Shown one piece after another: positions 56,032 to 64,000 of a stretch of DNA of 64,000 nucleotides; within the stretch, counting starts at the first letter, position 1; every line of letters starts with the position of its first letter. The notes below the pieces were generated by a model. That model saw only the letters and a program-made list of their open reading frames with translations, was not told the origin of the DNA and ran no database searches. The translations under genes and the position numbers were made by a program. Source of the DNA: an uncultured bacterium (GTDB lineage Bacteria > Margulisbacteria > WOR-1 > CAVSGV01); NCBI GenBank assembly GCA_963768305.1, contig CAVYHE010000008.1, positions 32,001 through 96,000 on the forward strand. Direction: 5' to 3'.

Positions 56032-56435
56032 CCGTAAAAGAGGTTGAACATCTTTCTTTCCGGCTGGCCCGGGAACTGATGCATTATAACGAACCGATAC
56101 CTGATTTTTCCACTCGATATCCGCATAAACTGGAAAGCTGCATCGCAACGCCTTTCCAAAGCTTCGGAGGAAAAGACCTGTATCCCACGCTTGTGTCGAA
56201 AGGGAGCGTTCTCTTTTATTTAATGATCAAGAACCATCCGTTCCAGAACGGCAATAAAAGGATCGCAATGACCACGCTTTTTGTGTTCCTGCACATGAAC
56301 AAGAAATGGATGAAAGTGGATACTCAGGAACTTTATAATTTTACCGTATGGATAGCCAGCAGCCCGCCGCAATTCAAGGACGAGGCGTTAAAAACTATCG
56401 AGAAATTCATTAAGGAACATCTGATCGAGATTTGA
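56019..56435 (+). CDS. Doc-family (death-on-curing) Fic toxin
   Basis: HPFQNGNKRIA motif; LYPTL. Confidence 0.88.
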   Translation: MEILTVKEVEHLSFRLARELMHYNEPIPDFSTRYPHKLESCIATPFQSFGGKDLYPTLVSKGSVLFYLMIKNHPFQNGNKRIAMTTLFVFLHMNKKWMKVDTQELYNFTVWIASSPPQFKDEALKTIEKFIKEHLIEI

Positions 56436-56678
56436 TCCTCCAAAATACGACTTTGATGGTATCCCAATTTGGGATACCAGGCATCCAACCTCTTCATGGG
56501 TCAGAATGAACATGAAATCCGGCGGAAACCTTTTTTGATTTCTTCTGACCGCTCGTTTCAATATCCTGGTCTCGATCCCATATAATATTGCCAGATCGCG
56601 GTCCAGCATCACTTTTTGGCAGCGGATAAGGTAAATTCTGTTCTCAATGACTTCCTGCGGGACCAATGCTTCATTCAT
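56436..56678 (-). pseudogene. ORF6N protein (copy 2), truncated at the end of the Doc gene
   Basis: Homology to copies 1 and 3 stops after YFGGS; the AFTE half is missing. Confidence 0.8.
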
Positions 56679-56808
56679 AATAAACTGGAAGCAGCAATTA
56701 TCTGGCCAGTATATTTGAGCACAAATTAGACCAGTGATTGTAGTTTATTACGACAGTTGTAGGTATTTTCAACAGTAGTGTGAACCGGTTGCATTTTGCA
56801 ACCAGTTC
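56679..56808 (-). promoter_or_regulatory. Conserved ORF6N upstream module (copy 2)
   Basis: TGGCCAGATAATTGCT at 56693-56708; tandem TGTAG-N7-C(G/A)ACA at 56739-56774. Confidence 0.7.
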
Positions 56809-56878
56809 CCTATAAGACATTTAAAAGGCTTTACAATACACTTGACGATTACTTGACAATACTATATAGTATAAAGAT

Positions 56879-57901
56879 ATGTATAAGCCTGTTTACAAGA
56901 TAACTCCTTACTTCGTCAAGCTCATTGATGAAGCCAGCGCGCTGCGCGAATGGGTGAACAGCTCCACTTTAAAGGTCGCATGGCTTCCTTCTCTCCAAAA
57001 TGAGGCCAGAATTAAAGCTACGCATTCATCCACATCCATCGAAGGCAATCCTTTGGGCATTGCACAGGTCGGAAAATTAATAGGCGCGGGGAAACAAGTT
57101 GCAGCCAGGGATCCCGAAAAAGAAGTGCTCAATTATATTAAAGCTATGCGATGGATAGAAGCGCATTCGCATTCGCCGATAAGTGAAAGATCTATTTTAC
57201 ATCTTCATTCGATCCTTATGGATGGACTTCTCCAAAAAGAAAAACTCGGAAAATATAAGGAAAAACAAAATTATGTGCTCGATGAGAACGGCATAAAAAT
57301 ATACACGCCGCCTTCTCCGAAGATCACCCCCGCATTAATGAAAGAATTGGTCAAGTGGCTTAATTCCGGGGAAGCAAATGACCTGCACAGCATAATGGTT
57401 TGCGCGATCCTGCATCACCGCCTCGTTTCCATCCATCCCTTTTCTGACGGCAACGGCAGGATAGCAAGGCTTCTGGGGACATGGCTGCTTTATAAGAGGG
57501 AATTCGATTTAAGGCATATTTTTAGTTTGGATGATTTTTTTGCCGGCGACAGGAAGCGCTATTATGAAAAGATACAGCAGGCAAGGGAATTGGACAATAA
57601 CCTGACATTCTGGATAGAATACACGGCTGAAGGAATTGTGAGAACACTTAAAGATGTAAGGAAAAGGATCGAATCCTTTCAAATTAAAGCGACATCAGAA
57701 ATAAGCTTGTCAGCGCGCCAGGAAGTGTTATTAAGTTTATTGCGGGATAAGGGACGGCTTTCCGCGCCGGAGATAATTGGTCATCTGAAAGTTACCCGCG
57801 CGAGAGTGAACCAGATCATTCAGCCTTTGATCAAAAGCAAGATCATAAAGGCGGAAGGCAAGGCACGGGCAACAAGTTACTTAATAATGGGTAAGAGTTG
57901 A
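56879..57901 (+). CDS. Fic family protein with C-terminal wHTH
   Basis: STSIEGN inhibitory motif; HPFSDGNGRIAR catalytic motif. Confidence 0.92.
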   Translation: MYKPVYKITPYFVKLIDEASALREWVNSSTLKVAWLPSLQNEARIKATHSSTSIEGNPLGIAQVGKLIGAGKQVAARDPEKEVLNYIKAMRWIEAHSHSPISERSILHLHSILMDGLLQKEKLGKYKEKQNYVLDENGIKIYTPPSPKITPALMKELVKWLNSGEANDLHSIMVCAILHHRLVSIHPFSDGNGRIARLLGTWLLYKREFDLRHIFSLDDFFAGDRKRYYEKIQQARELDNNLTFWIEYTAEGIVRTLKDVRKRIESFQIKATSEISLSARQEVLLSLLRDKGRLSAPEIIGHLKVTRARVNQIIQPLIKSKIIKAEGKARATSYLIMGKS

Positions 57902-57910
57902 GGGATCTTT

Positions 57911-58462
57911 ATGCCGGATGAAAATATAAAGCAAAGACTTGATGACATAAACGCGATTTCCATCGCGATAGATACTTATGACGACATATTCTCGGACTTT
58001 GATCCCCGCGATATCCTGGACCGCGACCTCTCCGAGGACCTTATCAACGAGCTCCGCCACCGCCACAGACAGAACCCGAAAGGAAAATACGACATCGTCC
58101 TGGTGGCGCCAAAGTCTATCGAGGACCAGAACGTGGAAAAAAAGATAGTCTCCCGCCTCAACAAATACTTTCATCAGAAATATCTGAGATATCAGAAGAG
58201 CATAGACGAGATCAGGATAAGAGGCATCGTGTATGTCGCCGTCGGCATGGTCCTCCTCACATCCCTCTCCCTCCTCGCGTATAACCTGAAACTGGACCGC
58301 CTCACCCTTGACCTGGTCGGCATTATCTTCATGCCGCTTGGCTGGTTCGGCATCTGGGAGGGCTTTTCAAAGATAATCGATATCCCGTTCAAGCTGAATG
58401 ACGACACCCAGGCGTATAAGCGGCTGGCGAAAGCAGCGTATAAATTCGAGCATATTAGTTAA
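57911..58462 (+). CDS. Hypothetical membrane protein
   Basis: YDDIFSDFDPR...LSED; two C-terminal TM helices. Confidence 0.75.
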   Translation: MPDENIKQRLDDINAISIAIDTYDDIFSDFDPRDILDRDLSEDLINELRHRHRQNPKGKYDIVLVAPKSIEDQNVEKKIVSRLNKYFHQKYLRYQKSIDEIRIRGIVYVAVGMVLLTSLSLLAYNLKLDRLTLDLVGIIFMPLGWFGIWEGFSKIIDIPFKLNDDTQAYKRLAKAAYKFEHIS

Positions 58463-58509
58463 GAGTTATAAGTTAAAAGTTAACAGTTACGAGTTATGAG
58501 TTAAAAGTA
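58454..58509. repeat. Heptamer array (ANNAGTT) x8
   Basis: ATTAGTT AAGAGTT ATAAGTT AAAAGTT AACAGTT ACGAGTT ATGAGTT. Confidence 0.88.
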
Positions 58510-58871
58510 GTGTGGCGAATACTTCGGATTAAGCCGTTCAGCATCATTTTTACCTGGATCATTTCACCAAGCAGTTCGTTGATCACATCTTCTTTCAGAT
58601 AACCTAGCCCTTTTGCTAAATATAAGTGGTTCATGCACTCGTTTATCGATCCCCGGGAATTGTAAAAGAACCTTATCTTGTCGTTCGAGCGATACCGGCC
58701 GAAACCTTCGGCTATGTTCGCCCCAATGGAAGACGCCGCTCTTCTTATTTGGTCCGTCAATCCGAACCTTTCATCTTTTGGGAACCCTTTCGTGATCGTG
58801 TATATGCGCGTCGCGAAAGAATGCGCCCTTTTCCACACTTCCAAATCGTTAAAGTTCTGTATTTTACTCAT
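58494..58871 (-). CDS. Four helix bundle protein (copy 2)
   Basis: FNDLEVWK, FPKDERFGLTDQIRRAASSIGANIAEG, SRGS. Confidence 0.92.
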   Translation of the reverse strand: MSKIQNFNDLEVWKRAHSFATRIYTITKGFPKDERFGLTDQIRRAASSIGANIAEGFGRYRSNDKIRFFYNSRGSINECMNHLYLAKGLGYLKEDVINELLGEMIQVKMMLNGLIRSIRHTTFNS

Positions 58872-58920
58872 AACTCTTTACTAATAACTAATAACTCATA
58901 ACGCATAACTAATAACTTTA
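58865..58920. repeat. Heptamer array (AACTNNT) x8, inverted relative to 58454-58509
   Basis: TACTCAT AACTCTT TACTAAT AACTAAT AACTCAT AACGCAT AACTAAT. Confidence 0.88.
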
Positions 58921-58922
58921 CT

Positions 58923-59432
58923 TCAAAAACCTATCCTCGCTTTCCCACTCTTTGTTAAGGTTAACCTTCGAATATCGCGGACGAGCTCGCGTATATCGCC
59001 GTCGTGCTTAAGTACTCGTTTTTCGAGAATATCGATCTTGGTGGCAAGTTCTTTATTGCCAGCTATCATCCTCCTTAGATGGACAAAGGCTCGCATGATC
59101 TGAATGTTGACATGAACAGCTCGTTTACTTTTTAACACTGATGAAAGCATTAAAATTCCATGCTCTGTAAACGCGGAGGGGGATTTTCGAAATCCTCCCC
59201 AGTTTAATCTTGATATGCCAAATTGGCATATCAAGTTGTCAAATTCCTGCTTTGACAGCTGGAACATAAAATCCTGCGGGAACCGGTCGTAATTTCTTTT
59301 AACTTGTCGATTCAGGTTCCCAGTCGGCACACCATATAGTTTTGCAAGATCATGATCAAGCATCACTTTTTGCCCGCGGATCAGGTAAATTTTGTTCTCA
59401 ATAACTTCCTGCGGAACCAATGCTTCGCTCAT
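58923..59432 (-). CDS. ORF6N domain protein (copy 3)
   Basis: IRGQKVMLD, RFPQDFMF, AFTEHGILMLSSVL, IGF. Confidence 0.92.
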   Translation of the reverse strand: MSEALVPQEVIENKIYLIRGQKVMLDHDLAKLYGVPTGNLNRQVKRNYDRFPQDFMFQLSKQEFDNLICQFGISRLNWGGFRKSPSAFTEHGILMLSSVLKSKRAVHVNIQIMRAFVHLRRMIAGNKELATKIDILEKRVLKHDGDIRELVRDIRRLTLTKSGKARIGF

Positions 59433-59528
59433 AATAAGCTAGAAGCAGCAATTATCTTGCCGACATTATTGAACATAAAGTTGACAAATGATTGTAGTTA
59501 TTTACGACAGTTGTAGTGGATTTCAACA
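59433..59528 (-). promoter_or_regulatory. Conserved ORF6N upstream module (copy 3, no distal palindrome)
   Basis: CGGCAAGATAATTGCT at 59447-59462; tandem TGT-N11-ACA at 59493-59528. Confidence 0.7.
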
Positions 59529-59530
59529 GC

Positions 59531-59598
59531 TTAACTCTTAATTGATAACTCTTAACTATTAACTATTAACTCATAACTCTTAACTTATTACCTCTTAT
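59531..59598. repeat. Heptamer array (TTAACTC-like)
   Basis: TTAACTC TTAATTG ATAACTC TTAACTA TTAACTA TTAACTC ATAACTC. Confidence 0.85.
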
Positions 59599-59651
59599 AC
59601 TTTCTCCCCTCCCCTTTACATATATACCCCTCTCCTGTAAACTTTCATCAA

Positions 59652-60984
59652 ATGATCAACAATAAATATTTCTCCGCCGACCTGATAAAGATAATAAAAA
59701 CAATTAAGAAAGCGGGTTTTAAGTGCTACATCGTCGGCGGCGGGATAAGGGACCTTCTGCTCGGGTTAAAGCCGGACGTCTGGGACCTTGCGACCGACGC
59801 CAGGCCGGAGCAGATCAGCAAACTATTCAAAAAAGTCGTCCCCACCGGGCATCAAATTCGGCACGGTAACCGTCATAGTCAACGAGATCCCTTACGAAAT
59901 AACCACTTTTCGCTCGGACGAACGATATTTTGACGGACAGACACCCGAGCAAGGTCACATTCTCAAAAGATATCGAACAGGACCTTTCCAGGCGCGATTT
60001 CACGATGAATGCCATCGCCTATGACCCTACGACAAAAGAGCTTATCGATATCTTCGGCGGGCGCGAAGACCTGAAGAACAGGATAATCACGGGCCGTCGG
60101 CGACCCGGTAAAAAGATTTAAGGAAGACGGCCTGCGCCCCATCAGGGCCTGCCGATTCGCCGCCAAACTGAATTTCAAGATAGCAAAAAAGACATTCGAC
60201 GCCATTTCAAAATGCCTCAACGTTTCGAAAAAAGTATCCGTCGAACGCGTCCATGACGAGCTGATGCGGATGCTCGGGTCAGAGAAGCCGTCGATAGGCA
60301 TAGACCTGATGAGAAGATCGGGCCTGCTTAAAATTATATATCCCCGAACTTTTGCAGGGCATGGGCGTTAAACAGCCAAAGCCGTTCCATAAGGATGATG
60401 TTTACTGGCATTCGCTTTATTGCTGCGACGAAACTTCAAGAAACAAGCCCGTCCTCCGCCTTGCCGCCCTCCTCCACGATATCGCGAAACCGAAATGCAA
60501 GGTCAAGTTCACTTTCTATGGCCACGACATTAAAGGCGCCGAAATGGCATATAAAATAATGAAAAGATTAAATTCAGCAATGACAATATCGAATATGTGA
60601 CGAATCTGATACAAAAATCACATGTTCAACTACACATCGATATGGACGGACGCCGGCATAAGGAGATTCATCAGAAGGGCCGGACTGGAAAATCTTTACG
60701 ACCTGTTCGAGCTTCGCGCTGCGGATATCAGGTCAATGGGACGCCCTGTCGAAAAAGACCATCCAAAAGAGCTAAGGAAAAGGATCGCAAAGATATTGAA
60801 AGCCCAGAATGCCCTGCATATCGGCGACTTGAAAGTGAACGGAAATGACGTTATGAAAGCGCTTGGCATACCGCCGGGACCGAAGGTCGGCGAAATACTT
60901 AATAAATTGCTGGATAAAGTCTTGGATGACCCGAAGTTGAACACAAAACAAAAGCTTTTGAGCCTGATAAAAAAGTCTAAATGA
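59652..60984 (+). CDS. cca: CCA-adding enzyme / poly(A) polymerase family protein with HD domain (several frameshifts)
   Basis: VGGGIRDLL...[34 protein letters not shown]. Confidence 0.88.
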
Positions 60985-62207
60985 CAAATTCCCAATTAGC
61001 CAATATCAAATTAATGACCAGGTCCCAATTCCCAATTTGGGCATTGGTCATTGGGATTTCATTTGTCATTTGTAATTTGTCATTTGTCATTCCTTGCTAT
61101 GCCGCTAACAAGGCCGACATCATCAAGGTAGAGACCCATATAATGGGCGGCTATAACGAGGTCTCCGTTCTCGCTTCCGAAAATATAAAGCCTGAGATCA
61201 TCACGCTGGAATCGCCGAACAGGGTCGCTTTAGCTTTCCATAATGCGAGGATACAGGCGCCGATAACGCTTAGCGGCCCCTCTTCTCTTATCAGGATGAT
61301 CCAGGCGGCCCAGTTCGACGAAAATACCGTTTATGTCATCGTGGAGCCCAGCGAAGCCCTGACCTACGACTACACGAGCATTATCGGAAAAAATAAATTC
61401 ATCCTGGAATTCACCAAAGCAAGGCCCGGAAGCAGAAAGATAGTCGCGCCAAGCGCCCCCACCCCGGAAGTTTGCCCCCTATCCACTCCTGAAACCATCG
61501 TTCCGGAGGAGATAGAAGAAGCGCAGCCGACCCCGGAAACGATCGAAAAAGAAGAGAACGTTCCTCCCGAAGCCGTTAAGCCCGAAAAGATCGCCCCGGA
61601 AATAAGACCGGTTAAACCGGTAAAAGAGGCAAAAGCGATGCATCCTCTGAAAGGGAAACTGATCGTTGTGGATCCCGGACACGGCGGCCGCGACCCCGGA
61701 TACGTGGGGCCATCAGGCATTTTTGAAAAAGCGCTGACGCTGAAGATCGCTTTGAAATTAAGGGGATTCCTTGAAAATGCGGGAGCGAAAGTGCTGATGA
61801 CCCGGACCAGGGACGTGGATATAAAGAACAGGGACATAGTCAGGATCGCGAATTGCAGCAAAGCAGATATGTTCGTAGCCGTTCATCTTAACGCGTTCAC
61901 TCAACCGAAAATAAGGGGATGCGAAACATTTTATTACACGCCCCAGAGCAGGAAATTCGCGCAGATAATGCAAAAATATCTTTATGGAACGATAAGAACA
62001 AAGAATAAAGGCGTCCGGAAAGAGAAATATTATGCCGTGCATCGCACAAAAATACCCTCTGTCCTCGTGGAATCCGCCTATCTCACGAATCCGAAAGAAG
62101 AAAAGCTGATACTAAGCCCGAAATTCCAGGACCTTGTCGCGCAGGGAATGTGTAAAGGCATAACAGAATATGTTAAAATAAGTTCATGGCGGAGATCTCA
62201 CAAGTAA
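60981..62207 (+). CDS. N-acetylmuramoyl-L-alanine amidase (Amidase_3) with an AMIN-like N-terminus
   Basis: VDPGHGGRDPG, EK, VHLNA, VLVESAYLTN. Confidence 0.9.
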   Translation: MTNSQLANIKLMTRSQFPIWALVIGISFVICNLSFVIPCYAANKADIIKVETHIMGGYNEVSVLASENIKPEIITLESPNRVALAFHNARIQAPITLSGPSSLIRMIQAAQFDENTVYVIVEPSEALTYDYTSIIGKNKFILEFTKARPGSRKIVAPSAPTPEVCPLSTPETIVPEEIEEAQPTPETIEKEENVPPEAVKPEKIAPEIRPVKPVKEAKAMHPLKGKLIVVDPGHGGRDPGYVGPSGIFEKALTLKIALKLRGFLENAGAKVLMTRTRDVDIKNRDIVRIANCSKADMFVAVHLNAFTQPKIRGCETFYYTPQSRKFAQIMQKYLYGTIRTKNKGVRKEKYYAVHRTKIPSVLVESAYLTNPKEEKLILSPKFQDLVAQGMCKGITEYVKISSWRRSHK

Positions 62208-63089
62208 GGAATATCATATCCGGAAGGGTACTGCAGAAAATATCCCCTGTCGCGGAAAAATATGAGCCCCCGGAATCAGCCCCGATCGGAATGTTCGACT
62301 CAGGCGTCGGCGGACTCACTGTTTTCGAAAAAACAGCCAGGCTTCTTCCCCGGGAAAGCATAATTTATCTGGCTGATACTGCCCGTGTCCCTTACGGCGG
62401 AAGGTCTGCCAGCGAAATAATCAAGATCAACAAGGAAATAATCGAGCTTTTCACGGGATTCGGCGTTAAACTTCTGATCATCGCCTGCGGAACATCATCC
62501 GCGCTGGCTTATCCCGTCCTCAAGAATATTTACAGGCTCCCGATGGTGGAAATGATAGAAGGCGGCGCGGAACTTGCCGCAAAAGCGACAAAGAACAACA
62601 AGATCGGCGTTATCGCGACCGTCGGCACGATCAATTCGCTGGCATATCAGAACGCCATAAAAAAGATCAACAAGGAAGCGGAGGTCATCGGCATAGCCTG
62701 CCCACTGCTGGTTCCCCTGATAGAAGGCGGTTTCGCGGCCTCCGAAGAGACCGAGAAGGTTTTGAAGGAATATCTGAAACCTCTCAGGTCGGCAAAGATA
62801 GATACTCTGGTGCTTGGCTGCACTCACTACCCTCATCTTGAACAGGACGATCAAGAGCATTATGGGCGCGGGTGTCACATTGATAGACCCGTCCGATGAA
62901 GCGGCAGAAAAGGCAAGGGACATCCTGATAAGGGGAAAAATGAGCAATATGTCCGGCGACCCGCCGAAATACAGGTTCCTCGTGACCGGATCAGGCGCTA
63001 ATTTCAGGGACCTGGGTTCAAGGCTTTTAGGCAAACCTCTCGCTAATGTGGAAGAGATATCTATTGTAAAAGGCGCCCGGGGAAGGTAA
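62186..63089 (+). CDS. murI: Glutamate racemase (frameshifted)
   Basis: FDSGVGGLTV, PYG, IACGT, LGCTHYP. Confidence 0.93.
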
Positions 63090-63098
63090 TATTTAAGC

Positions 63099-63452
63099 AT
63101 GTACGAATTGATGGTGGAAGGAACATTTGACGCCGCGCATCAGCTGATCGGCTACGACGGCCCGTGCGAAAAGCTCCACGGCCACACGTGGAAAGCGCGG
63201 GTCTTCATAAAAGGCGAAAAGCTGAACAAGCTGGGAATGGTAAGGGATTTCAAGGAATTGAAGCTCATGCTTCAGTTCGCGCTGTCAAAGCTGGACCATA
63301 CCAATCTGAACGTTCTTCCGTATTTTAAAAAGATCAATCCGACATCGGAGAACGTGGCAAAGTACATATTCGACCAGATCGCCAAAAAAGCCGATGTGAC
63401 AAAGGTGACCGTTTTTGAATCGGCAACGACGTCGGCAAGCTATATGAAGTGA
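63099..63452 (+). CDS. queD: 6-carboxytetrahydropterin synthase
   Basis: FDAAH, CEKLHGH, LDH, PTSEN. Confidence 0.92.
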   Translation: MYELMVEGTFDAAHQLIGYDGPCEKLHGHTWKARVFIKGEKLNKLGMVRDFKELKLMLQFALSKLDHTNLNVLPYFKKINPTSENVAKYIFDQIAKKADVTKVTVFESATTSASYMK

Positions 63453-63458
63453 GGCGGC

Positions 63459-64000
63459 ATGAAATTCGTTAAAATGCACGGTCTTGGAAATGATTTCATA
63501 ATAATAGACTCGCGTACGGAGCCGCTGGACGGCATCGACCTTTCGCAGCTCGCGATAAAACTTTGCGACAGGCATTACGGGATCGGCGCGGACGGCGTTC
63601 TCATTGCCGGCCCGTCCGATAAAGCCGACGTGAACATGAGAGTGCTGAATCCGGACGGAAGCGAAGCCGAAATGTGCGGGAACGGCATACGATGCTTCGC
63701 AAAATACATTTACGAGAACGCTTAAAGTAAAAAAAGAATTGATCTCCGTGGAAACACTGGCCGGGATAATTCTCCCGTCGATACTGGAGCATAAAGGAAA
63801 GACCGCGATAGTTGAGGTGGACATGGGAACGCCTTCGGAAATTCAAAGCTCAAAGGTCAAGATCCAAAATGAAACATTTAATGCTACATTGGTTTCGATG
63901 GGAAATCCTCATTGCGTGATATTTGTGAATGACCTCGGCAAGATCGCGATCGATGAGATCGGCCCGAAGATAGAATCGAACAAGATGTTCCCGGACAGGA
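63459..64000 (+). CDS. dapF: Diaminopimelate epimerase (frameshifted, runs off the window)
   Basis: KMHGLGNDF, EMCGNGIRC, SMGNPH. Confidence 0.93.

Noticed and set aside
53273..59598. CRISPR array or diversity-generating retroelement
   Set aside because: The repeats are 7-mers without spacers. No cas genes, reverse transcriptase or TR/VR pair is visible, despite the Avd-like fold of the bundle proteins.
41760..59600. Prophage or integrative element
   Set aside because: No integrase, transposase or phage structural gene, and no distal att copy seen; only an accessory-gene region can be supported.
6456..64000. Frameshifts in clpX, tig, purD, efp, carA, trpC, tsaE, folK, tilS, hom, prs, miaB, dut, smpB, cca, murI and dapF read as pseudogenes or programmed frameshifting
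   Set aside because: They hit many essential genes, the flanking protein sequence is well conserved and I saw no in-frame nonsense decay. Uncorrected long-read indels are the simpler explanation.

Overview
Bacterial chromosomal window. The gene set resembles Candidatus Saganbacteria/Margulisbacteria (sister to Cyanobacteria), but that is inference only. 1-41.8 kb is mostly housekeeping: ahcY, ileS, lon-clpX-clpP-tig, an 8-tRNA cluster, rdgB, purD, recJ, accB, efp, an N-half-only carB with carA, trpC, tsaB/E, folK/P, tilS, hom, prs, miaB, rplU-rpmA-obg, proBA, nadD, dut, dapB, smpB and tmRNA. Many conserved genes carry single-base frameshifts that look like long-read indel errors rather than pseudogenes. 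An accessory region of about 18 kb follows tmRNA (41.8-59.6 kb). It holds a multi-PAS histidine kinase/AAA/response-regulator block, an ABC exporter, an AT-rich Vsr + Sau3AI-like R-M locus, Doc/Fic genes, and repeated ORF6N + four-helix-bundle cassettes. Housekeeping genes resume after it (cca, amidase, murI, queD, dapF). The most striking unexplained structures are: (1) both four-helix-bundle genes are bracketed by inverted heptamer arrays, with a different heptamer family for each copy; (2) related heptamer arrays are scattered across the window, some in frame inside genes; (3) three ORF6N copies share a conserved sigma54-like upstream module and each has an internal palindrome whose two arms co-vary.
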